DNA from: Parcubacteria group bacterium
GTDB taxonomy: Bacteria; Patescibacteriota; Minisyncoccia; Phycocordibacterales; WO2-35-19
Assembly (NCBI GenBank): GCA_012514175.1
Contig: JAAZAU010000001.1
Location: 1 to 56,285, forward strand
DNA length: 56,285 bases
Direction: 5' to 3'
This document shows, in pieces, positions 1-7,518 of this stretch; the stretch's first letter is position 1, and every line of letters begins with the position of its first letter. The translations under genes and the position numbers were made by a program. The notes below the pieces were generated by a model, which made no database searches, was not told the DNA's origin, and saw nothing but the letters and a program-made list of their open reading frames with translations.

Positions 1-200
1 ATTTTTGAGTTTTTGTTTTGTTCTTTTATGGAGTCAATCAATTCAAAAAGTTCTTTCTTTGTTTCAGAAGAAATACCACCTTCTGGATCAAAACCATCTT
101 TAAAAGCAATACTTCTTTGAAGTAGTATTTGAACACCTTGTTTAGTGTTTTTATATGTTTTTATGGTTGAGGACCCCACATCTATTAAAATTGTGTTCAT
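1..200 (-). CDS. Ppx/GppA-like (ASKHA superfamily) protein, N-terminal part, runs off window
   Basis: Manual translation from ATG at 200: MNTILIDVGSSTIKTY..., open to window edge; IDxGSxTIK resembles the Ppx/GppA phosphate-binding loop. Confidence 0.55.
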   Translation of the reverse strand, partial: MNTILIDVGSSTIKTYKNTKQGVQILLQRSIAFKDGFDPEGGISSETKKELFELIDSIKEQNKNSK

Positions 201-354
201 GGTTTTGTAAATTAGTTTGGTAAATTTTTATAAACCTTCAATAATAGCGCAAGCGTCTTGTTTATTCCTGTTACTATCCAAATACTTAGCTTATTAATTG
301 TGTCGCGTGTTTAATAATTATCCCTTTGGTTGTCGTTTTTCATTAGGTTGAGTT

Positions 355-428
355 TGGTGCGGGATGGGAGAGTCGAACTCCCCACTACAGTTTGGAAAAC
401 TGTCATTTTACCGATAAACTAATCCCGC
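355..428 (-). tRNA. tRNA-Gly(TCC)
   Basis: Reverse complement GCGGGAT...ATCCCGC-A-CCA; anticodon arm ACAGT-TT-TCC-AA-ACTGT; GTTCGA T-loop. Confidence 0.95.
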
Positions 429-505
429 TTTCGCAAAGTTCTAAAAATCAACACACTAACTTTGCTTTTATATACTATCATATTTTATGATAGTATCTAG
501 TCAGC

Positions 506-581
506 GCCGCCGTAGTTAAATGGATTATAACAGTCCCGTCCTAAGGGATAGTTGGGGGTTCGATTCCCTCCGGTGGCACCA
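506..581 (+). tRNA. tRNA-Arg(CCT)
   Basis: GCCGCCG/CGGTGGC acceptor, GTCCC-GT-CCT-AA-GGGAT anticodon arm, GGTTCGATTCC, encoded CCA. Confidence 0.95.
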
Positions 582-582
582 C

Positions 583-894
583 TTAAACATCAAAATAACG
601 TCCAGCAGAAATTTTAATAATCTCATCAAAATCGTCTTCTTTTGAGATCCTATTCTTCTGCTCCCTTCCACATTTTTTGCATTTGTGGACAATAAACCAC
701 TCTCCCCCATTTTCACCCGCTGTGATGGGTTCCATTAAACCACCACAACTCTCTGCCCTGTCTCCGGGAAAAATATCCACGTGTTTAGAATAGAGGCATT
801 TTGAACAATGGTTGGTATAACCATCACCACTTATGTTTTCTCCACAGTTTTCACAAACAAAATCCTCTTTTTTTCTTTTAAATTTTGAAGACAT
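583..894 (-). CDS. RNHCP domain zinc-binding protein
   Basis: FxCxxCG...NHCxxCLxSxHVDxxPGDRxxxCGGxMxP...HxCxxCG pattern. Confidence 0.85.
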   Translation of the reverse strand: MSSKFKRKKEDFVCENCGENISGDGYTNHCSKCLYSKHVDIFPGDRAESCGGLMEPITAGENGGEWFIVHKCKKCGREQKNRISKEDDFDEIIKISAGRYFDV

Positions 895-940
895 AAAAAT
901 TGGCTAATTGGATTGATTTATAGTATCATCTTTCTTATTG

Positions 941-1014
941 CGGAGTGTAGTATAGTGGTAGTATAAATGCTTTGGGAGCATTAGGTCCGAGTTCGATTCT
1001 CGGCACTCCGACCA
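941..1014 (+). tRNA. tRNA-Pro(TGG)
   Basis: CGGAGTG/CACTCCG acceptor, AATGC-TT-TGG-GA-GCATT anticodon arm, encoded CCA. Confidence 0.95.
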
Positions 1015-1055
1015 GCTTAAACTTTTTCAATAAATTTCTTCAATAAAAGTTAAAT

Positions 1056-1451
1056 TTATAAAATTAGGTTTTGCATAAACTTTACTTTAGCCACCTTGGC
1101 TTCTACATCTAAAAAAACGCAAGCTAAATCAAATTGCCATAAAGGTTCCCCGTTTTGGTGTTTCTCCATTAAATAAGTTTGGACAGCTCTTCTTAGTCTT
1201 TGAAGTTTCCAAGGGTGCATATTGTCTTCTGGCTGATAACTATTTATTTCTTGATGAAATTTGCCATTAAAACTTTTTCGGCTAACGGTCTTTACTTCTA
1301 CAAAATGAAGGACTTTGTCTTTTTCAGCTATTATATCTATCTCACCCCACTTCTTCCTATAATTTCTACAAATTACCTCAAAACCCTTTTTTATAAGGAA
1401 ATTAGTCATAATGTTTTCCCCTATTTCTCCGATTTGGTTGTGTTTAGCCAT
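1056..1451 (-). CDS. YraN/UPF0102 family endonuclease-like protein
   Basis: GxxGE...RNYRKKWGEIDIIA...LHFVEVKT motifs. Confidence 0.9.
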   Translation of the reverse strand: MAKHNQIGEIGENIMTNFLIKKGFEVICRNYRKKWGEIDIIAEKDKVLHFVEVKTVSRKSFNGKFHQEINSYQPEDNMHPWKLQRLRRAVQTYLMEKHQNGEPLWQFDLACVFLDVEAKVAKVKFMQNLIL

Positions 1452-1694
1452 AAAAGACCCGTGTTTTGTTTAAGTCATAAAAAAGCCTTATTTTAAGCCA
1501 CTTGTCTTTTGAAGGAGTTTGACTTATACACTTTGTCCCCTACTTTATCCACAGTTTTGTTGAAAACTAAGGCTGATTAGACCACAAAGACATTATACTA
1601 ATTTGGGGACATTTTTATTAGTTCAAATTGTGTTAATAAAGGCAAAAAGATGACTTTTGTTAAAAAAATTTTTTTGTGGTAAATTAAATAAGTT

Positions 1695-1768
1695 GCGGGT
1701 ATGGTTTAGTGGTAGAACGCGTCCTTGCCAAGGACGAAACGGGAGTTCGATTCTCCCTACCCGCACCA
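1695..1768 (+). tRNA. tRNA-Gly(GCC)
   Basis: GCGGGTA/TACCCGC acceptor, CGTCC-TT-GCC-AA-GGACG anticodon arm, encoded CCA. Confidence 0.95.
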
Positions 1769-1845
1769 ACAGTGAGCAAAGCTCACAAACTCATTTTTGT
1801 AACAGTGCGGAGACGGCTCGCCTGATTTATGTTCAACTTTTTAAT

Positions 1846-1920
1846 TGGTGCTCCCGGAGGGATTCGAACCCCCAACAAGTGCTTCGAAGGCACGCATGAT
1901 ATCCATTTCACCACGGGAGC
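1846..1920 (-). tRNA. tRNA-Arg(TCG)
   Basis: Reverse complement GCTCCCG...CGGGAGC-A-CCA; anticodon loop CT-TCG-AA; GGTTCGAATCC. Confidence 0.93.
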
Positions 1921-1978
1921 GTTGCCTTATTGTGCCACAAAACTGGTTGTTTTTCAAAAATTATAATAAAATTAAGCA

Positions 1979-3460
1979 ATGAAAGCTAAGATTGAAAAAT
2001 TTAATATCCCAACCGAAGTTTCTCGTGTAACCAAAGCGCTCAAAGAAGCCAATTTTGAGGCTTTTTTGGTTGGAGGTTGTGTCAGAGATTTGTTTATTGG
2101 CAGAAAACCTAAAGATTGGGATGTAACCACCAATGCTAAACCAGAAGAGATTATTGCCCTATTTCCAAAGACTTTTTACGAAAACGAATACGGAACCGTT
2201 GGGGTGGTTAATGAGGATGTTTCTGATGAAACCTTGAAAATAATAGAAGTTACTCCTTATCGCTTAGAAAGTTCTTATTCTGACCACAGAAGGCCTGATG
2301 ATGTGAAATTTAGTGATAATCTTACAGATGATTTAAAAAGACGCGATTTTACTATAAATGCCATAGCTTATGACAATGAGACCGGAGAAATTGTTGATCC
2401 TTTTGGTGGTGTGGCAGATTTGCACAAAGGTGTTATAAAAACAGTTGGAAACCCAAACGAAAGATTTTTTGAAGATGGTTTAAGAATATTAAGAGCCGTC
2501 AGGTTTCATGTGGAACTTGGTTTTGTTCTGGACCCAGAAACCGAAAAATCAATATTAGAAAATAGCGATATTTTGGGAAAAATCTCAAAAGAAAGAACCA
2601 GAGATGAGTTTGTGAAAATAATTATGTCTCAAGAACCAGCGACAGGCGTTTCCCTACTGAAAAAGCTTGGTTTATTAAAATATATTATTCCAGAATTGGA
2701 AGAAAGTGTTGATGTTGAACAGAACCAAGCTCACGCTTTTGATGTTTGGACTCATCTTATGAAAACACTCCAACATTCCGCCGACAAAAATTATCCGTTA
2801 CACGTGAGACTTGGAGCTCTTTTGCACGATGTTTCCAAGCCTTTTACCAGAAGGTGGGATAATGAAGCAAAACAATGGACTTTTTACGGTCACGAAGTGG
2901 TGGGTTCACGTGTAACCAAGAAAATATTAGAAAATCTGAAGTTTTCACGTGAAACAATTGAAAAAGTAACAAATTTGGTGCGTTGGCATATGTTTTTCTC
3001 AGACACCGAAAAAATAACTCCTTCAGCTGTGAGGAGACTTATTGCGAACGTTGGTAAAGACAATATTTGGGATTTAATAAACATGAGAGGCTGTGATCGT
3101 GTGGGCACCGGTAGACCAAAAGAAAACCCTTACCGACTTAGAAAGTATAAAGCTATGATAGAGGAAGTAATGAGAGACCCTATTTCTGTCAGTATGTTGA
3201 AAATTGACGGCAACAAAATTATGGAAATTTTAAATATAACTTCGGGTCCGAAGGTGGGGCAGATACTCAATGCGCTTATGGAGGAAGTATTAGAAAATCC
3301 AGCATTAAATACTGAAGAATATTTAAACAAAAGAACTGTAGAATTATCAAAAATGTCTGATATAGATTTGCAAAAATTAAGCGAAAAAGGTAAAAAAACC
3401 AAGGAAAAACAAGAGGAAATTGAAATCAGTAAAATAAGAGATAAATATTATGTGGAGTAG
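1979..3460 (+). CDS. cca: CCA tRNA nucleotidyltransferase / poly(A) polymerase family protein with HD domain
   Basis: LVGGCVRD, KDWDV, DLKRRDFTINAIA, EDGLRILRAVRF, LLHDVSKP motifs. Confidence 0.9.
   Translation: MKAKIEKFNIPTEVSRVTKALKEANFEAFLVGGCVRDLFIGRKPKDWDVTTNAKPEEIIALFPKTFYENEYGTVGVVNEDVSDETLKIIEVTPYRLESSYSDHRRPDDVKFSDNLTDDLKRRDFTINAIAYDNETGEIVDPFGGVADLHKGVIKTVGNPNERFFEDGLRILRAVRFHVELGFVLDPETEKSILENSDILGKISKERTRDEFVKIIMSQEPATGVSLLKKLGLLKYIIPELEESVDVEQNQAHAFDVWTHLMKTLQHSADKNYPLHVRLGALLHDVSKPFTRRWDNEAKQWTFYGHEVVGSRVTKKILENLKFSRETIEKVTNLVRWHMFFSDTEKITPSAVRRLIANVGKDNIWDLINMRGCDRVGTGRPKENPYRLRKYKAMIEEVMRDPISVSMLKIDGNKIMEILNITSGPKVGQILNALMEEVLENPALNTEEYLNKRTVELSKMSDIDLQKLSEKGKKTKEKQEEIEISKIRDKYYVE
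2017..2956. promoter_or_regulatory. Cluster of five parS-like 16-mers inside cca
   Basis: 2017 AGTTTCTCGTGTAACC, 2502 GGTTTCATGTGGAACT, 2796 CGTTACACGTGAGACT, 2902 GGGTTCACGTGTAACC, 2941 GTTTTCACGTGAAACA vs consensus TGTTTCACGTGAAACA. Confidence 0.7.
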
Positions 3461-3487
3461 AAAATATAATTATCCACAGTATTGTCC

Positions 3488-3820
3488 TTTACACTAAATC
3501 TTAAAAGACATAAAATCTGTATCAGACATAGCTGATAAATTAAAAGACATTTTCAGCATTGGTTCTTTATAAAAGTTGTCGACAAATTTTAAAGAAAGTT
3601 TGGTTGATTATAAGAATAGGTTATATATATCTTCACTCATTATTTTTTAAATGAGATATCATACGATTTCTTATAATATCGCGTTTCAACGAAACTTATC
3701 TTTAATCCTAGCTCTACCTTTGAACATAAAGTTTTGTGTTTAAAAGTGGGGCTAGGAAAGAGTTCTTTATAAACCGCCTTGTCGTGCGAAATTCCTCCAC
3801 CGCATCTTGGCGGTTTTTTT
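3488..3820 (+). ncRNA. Candidate structured non-coding RNA unit (promoter to terminator)
   Basis: TTTACA-17-TAAAAT promoter (3488-3516), nested hairpins 3591-3703 and 3706-3757, terminal AAACCGCC/GGCGGTTT stem plus T run; no ORF in the track. Confidence 0.45.
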
Positions 3821-3854
3821 ATTGTCTACAATGTCAAAAGTGTTAACGGTGTGG

Positions 3855-4649
3855 TTAAGCTATTTCTAGCAAAACAGGGCAGTGGTCAGAACCAAAAACA
3901 TCTTTTAATATTTCTGATTTTTTAATGTTTGGTAAAAACTCTTTATTTACAAAAAAATAATCAAGTCTCCAACCGACGTTTCTGGCGCGAGAGTTAGCGA
4001 AAGGTGTCCACCAAGTGTAAAAACCTTTACCTTTTGTGAAATGTCTAAAAGTGTCTACAAAACCACTGTTTACAACGTTATCAATACCCTCGCGTTCTTC
4101 TTTAGTAAAACCATGCTCACCTTCGTTTTGTTTTGGGTTGGCTAAATCGTCTTCGGTATGAGCCACATTTAAATCTCCGCAAAAAATTACGTTTTTTTTC
4201 TGTTTTAAAGTTTTAATATATTCAAGAAAAGCTGGGTCCCATTGTTTGTAGCGCAAAGAGAGTCGGCTTAAATCTGCTTTAGAGTTGGGGGTATAAACGG
4301 TTACTACGAAAAAATCTTTAAATTCAGCTGTTAAAACTCGTCCTTCAGCATTTGGGTCTCCGTATTTATCTTCGTTAAATTTGTATTTGTCTAAAATCTC
4401 AACAGGGAAACCAAAGGTGATGCTTAAAGGTTTTTCTTTGCAAAATATAGCTGTTCCGCTATAACCTGGTCTTTCGGCTGGATTCCAATATTCTAAATAA
4501 TCTTCTAAATCTAGCTCATTTTGTTCTTTTCTGGATTTGATTTCTTGCAAACACAAAATATCTGGTTGGTATTCTTTAATAAAAGGTAAAAATTCACCTT
4601 TTCTGTGCACCGCTCTAAGCCCGTTTACGTTCCAAGATATTATTTTCAT
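3855..4649 (-). CDS. xth: Exodeoxyribonuclease III
   Basis: MKIISWNVNGLRA, LCLQEIK, GYSGTA, CGDLNVAH, GWRLDYF, GSDHCP motifs. Confidence 0.95.
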   Translation of the reverse strand: MKIISWNVNGLRAVHRKGEFLPFIKEYQPDILCLQEIKSRKEQNELDLEDYLEYWNPAERPGYSGTAIFCKEKPLSITFGFPVEILDKYKFNEDKYGDPNAEGRVLTAEFKDFFVVTVYTPNSKADLSRLSLRYKQWDPAFLEYIKTLKQKKNVIFCGDLNVAHTEDDLANPKQNEGEHGFTKEEREGIDNVVNSGFVDTFRHFTKGKGFYTWWTPFANSRARNVGWRLDYFFVNKEFLPNIKKSEILKDVFGSDHCPVLLEIA

Positions 4650-4728
4650 AAAAATATATTATCATAATCGTTTGCTTTATTAAGGCGGGGGTAATAAAAT
4701 CAGGTTATTAGTGTTAATTTAAAATGTG

Positions 4729-5040
4729 ATGGAAAAGGAATCAGAATCTAAAAAAGATTTTACCAACATAGAAGATCCCTTAATGTTGTCTGATAAAGAA
4801 AAAGAGTTATTGATAAAGGGAGTGCAGAGTTTTGGCGAACTTTATCAAGTGTTGGAACAAATTGGGGTTTTGGTAGATTCGGATAATACTTTTGAAAGTG
4901 GGGAATTGAAAGACATTATTGAAAAAGCTAAAAAAGAAGAGATAGATACAGACCTTGTTCCTAGAGTGGGGGGTTTGAAAGAAAAAGTGGAAGAATTGAT
5001 GCGAAAGGAAAACGGAGGAGCCGAAAATCTTGAAAAGTAG
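4729..5040 (+). CDS. Hypothetical acidic protein
   Basis: Open frame of about 103 aa with coding-like composition; no motif recognised. Confidence 0.6.
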   Translation: MEKESESKKDFTNIEDPLMLSDKEKELLIKGVQSFGELYQVLEQIGVLVDSDNTFESGELKDIIEKAKKEEIDTDLVPRVGGLKEKVEELMRKENGGAENLEK

Positions 5041-5042
5041 AA

Positions 5043-5972
5043 TCACCCTTTTTTGTTATGAAACTTTTTGTGTATGTCTCGCAAATGTTTGTCGGTGACG
5101 TGGGTGTAAATCTGGGTTGTGCCAATGTTGGCGTGGCCAAGGAGGGCTTGAACAGAACGTAAATCAGCACCATTGCTTAGTAAATCTGTTGCAAAACAAT
5201 GGCGAATCGTGTGCGGAGTGACTCTTTTAGAAATACCAGCTTTAATAGCGGATTGTTTTACTATTCGTTCCACAGAACGTTTGCTTAAGGCCAGGCTTTG
5301 ACCTCTGGCTTTTTGACTTTTGCCATTTTTAGAAAGTTGAATAAAAAGCGCGTCATCTAAATCTGTTCTTTTGGCCAAATAATCTTTTAAGATTTTTTTT
5401 GAATGATCAGAAATAAAAACTACTCGCACTCTGCGACCTTTGCCAATAATAGAAAGTTCGTCCGTTGATAAATCTATGTCGCGGGTAAGAGAGCAAAGTT
5501 CAGAAACACGCAAACCGGTAGAAAATAAGAGTTCTAAAATGGCGCGATCTCTTAAACTGGCAAGATCGTTGCCTTTAGGAGCTTCCAAAAGTCTTTGGAG
5601 TTCTTCTTCAGTGATTAGATCTAATGATCTTTCTGGCACTTTAGCCAGTTCTATTCTTTCGGGAGACAATGATTTAATTCCTTGTCGGGCTAAATATTTA
5701 AGAAAAGCTCTGATTGCAATCAGATAGTAGTTTTGGGTTTTTTTAGACATAGTTTCACCGGTTTTTATATTTTTACCGGTGATCTGACGATTGAGCCATA
5801 ATCTAAATTCCCTAACTACGTCGTCGGTGATATCTTCAGGGTTTTTAACTTGGGTTTGTTTTAAGAAAACATCTAAATAATGTTGATAGTTCTCAACGGT
5901 TTTGAGCGCCCGACCTTTTTCAATTTCCAGATATTCCAAAAATTGCCTTTTGAGTTGTTCTAGATTTTTCAT
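5043..5972 (-). CDS. XerC/XerD-like tyrosine recombinase (start uncertain; ORF extends to 6050)
   Basis: N-terminal core-binding domain; catalytic set TGLRVSEL, GKG, HTIRH, LLGH, TTQIY. Confidence 0.93.
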   Translation of the reverse strand: MKNLEQLKRQFLEYLEIEKGRALKTVENYQHYLDVFLKQTQVKNPEDITDDVVREFRLWLNRQITGKNIKTGETMSKKTQNYYLIAIRAFLKYLARQGIKSLSPERIELAKVPERSLDLITEEELQRLLEAPKGNDLASLRDRAILELLFSTGLRVSELCSLTRDIDLSTDELSIIGKGRRVRVVFISDHSKKILKDYLAKRTDLDDALFIQLSKNGKSQKARGQSLALSKRSVERIVKQSAIKAGISKRVTPHTIRHCFATDLLSNGADLRSVQALLGHANIGTTQIYTHVTDKHLRDIHKKFHNKKG

Positions 5973-6056
5973 TACACCTTTTTTTAACCTCTCCTTATTT
6001 AGAGGAGGGGAGAAACTATATTGTATCATTTTTATTTTTAAACGTCGCACAATATA

Positions 6057-6087
6057 AAACCGTCTCCTTTCCTAAGGGAGACGGTTT
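6057..6087 (-). terminator. Intrinsic terminator after small ORF
   Basis: AAACCGTCTCC / GGAGACGGTTT inverted repeat. Confidence 0.75.
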
Positions 6088-6099
6088 GGGTGAGAGGCA

Positions 6100-6261
6100 T
6101 TATGGACCTACGACATACCGCTCAATGCGCTTTAGCATCTTGACGGTCCAGCGCAAGAACTGGCGATGTCGTCCAAAAATCAAGGAGATAACGAAACCAG
6201 TGGTCCACGGAATCGTTATCGTTCCAAATAATCCAAGATAAAGGTCTTTGGTGGTGATCAT
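6100..6261 (-). CDS. Small (53 aa) predicted single-pass membrane protein
   Basis: AAGGAGA SD before ATG 6261, upstream TTGACA promoter (6341-6336), hydrophobic helix then basic tail, own terminator. Confidence 0.6.
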   Translation of the reverse strand: MITTKDLYLGLFGTITIPWTTGFVISLIFGRHRQFLRWTVKMLKRIERYVVGP

Positions 6262-6412
6262 TTTTCTCCTTTCCTTTTTGTTTAATTTATTAAAAGAACA
6301 GATCAGGACTACATTTATACACTTTTTAAATATTTTGTCAAGGGTGAAATTAGGGAAAATTAACATTTTAAGCGAGATTGCAAAAAATAGAGTAATGTGC
6401 TATTCTTGGGAT

Positions 6413-6685
6413 ATGCTTACAAAAAATAAAAAGCAAAGAATCATAAAAGAAGTAAAGGTGCACGATACTGATACAGGTAGCCCTGAGGTTCAGATCGCGA
6501 TACTTTCGCGTAGGATTAATGATTTAGCATCCCATTTAAAAAAGAACAAAAAAGATAAGCATTCTCGCCGAGGTCTTTTAGGTTTGGTGGCCGATAGAAA
6601 AGCTCATATGAAATATTTGGAGAAGAAAGACAAGAAAAGGTATAATGCTCTTGTTAAGAAGCTTGATCTTAAAAAATCTTCTTAA
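6413..6685 (+). CDS. rpsO: 30S ribosomal protein S15
   Basis: HDTDTGSPEVQIAIL...KDKHSRRGLL. Confidence 0.97.
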   Translation: MLTKNKKQRIIKEVKVHDTDTGSPEVQIAILSRRINDLASHLKKNKKDKHSRRGLLGLVADRKAHMKYLEKKDKKRYNALVKKLDLKKSS

Positions 6686-6818
6686 TTAGTGTTTCAATTA
6701 ACATTTTTGTAATTTTCATTGATTTTTCAATGTCCTATTTTTGCTAGAAGATTGTTTAATTTGGTCTTTATTGAAGATTACAAATTAGAAATTGAAAATT
6801 ATTTTAATATATAAAAAT

Positions 6819-7349
6819 ATGTCAGTTATTAAACATAAAAATCAACGTGTCGGTATATTTATAGACACTCAAAACCTTTATCATAGCGCTAAAAATATTT
6901 ATGGTAGCAAGGTTAATTTTGACCAAGTAGTTAAAGAGGTTCTTGCAGGACGTTCATTAACTAGAGCGGTGGCTTACGTTATTACCACCGAATCTGGTGA
7001 AGAAAAAGGTTTTTTTGAAGCTTTGGGCAAAATAGGGATTGAAACTAAGACTAAAAATTTACAAGTTTTTGCTGGTGGCGCTAAAAAAGGGGATTGGGAT
7101 GTGGGTTTGGCTATTGATGCTATTAAATTATCATCCAAACTTGATGCGATTATTCTTATAACTGGTGATGGCGATTTTGTTCCGTTGGTAGAATATTTAA
7201 AAAATAGTGGTTGCCAAGTAGAAGTAGCTTCTTTTGGTAAATCAACCTCGGCTAAACTTATTGAGGTGGCGGATGATTTTATAGATTTGGACAAAAATCC
7301 TCGCAAGTATCTTATCTCTGGTAATAAAAACCGAAACCGAAACAAATAA
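6819..7349 (+). CDS. NYN (LabA/DUF88, PIN-like) domain protein
   Basis: FIDTQNL, KGDWDVGLAID, TGDGDFVPLV, ADDFIDL. Confidence 0.9.
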   Translation: MSVIKHKNQRVGIFIDTQNLYHSAKNIYGSKVNFDQVVKEVLAGRSLTRAVAYVITTESGEEKGFFEALGKIGIETKTKNLQVFAGGAKKGDWDVGLAIDAIKLSSKLDAIILITGDGDFVPLVEYLKNSGCQVEVASFGKSTSAKLIEVADDFIDLDKNPRKYLISGNKNRNRNK

Positions 7350-7518
7350 TAAAAAATACTCTCTCGCTTTGCGCAGTTTTTCTGCTGAAATTTTTTTTTA
7401 TTTTCCTCTTGGTTGGGTTTGTGAAGTGTGTTGGAGAAGTATTTTATTTTTTTATTCCCATTTTTTTCTATTGTTTGTTTTATTTTTGATATAATAAATA
7501 TTCGCGGAAGCAATATTT

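Noticed and set aside
525-1899. ORFs 525-716, 1200-1496 and 1657-1899
   Set aside because: Shadows of tRNA genes or antisense to YraN; no protein motifs
5043-5972. Tyrosine recombinase as integron integrase or prophage integrase
   Set aside because: Looks like housekeeping XerC/D; no IntI-specific insertion, attC array or phage genes nearby
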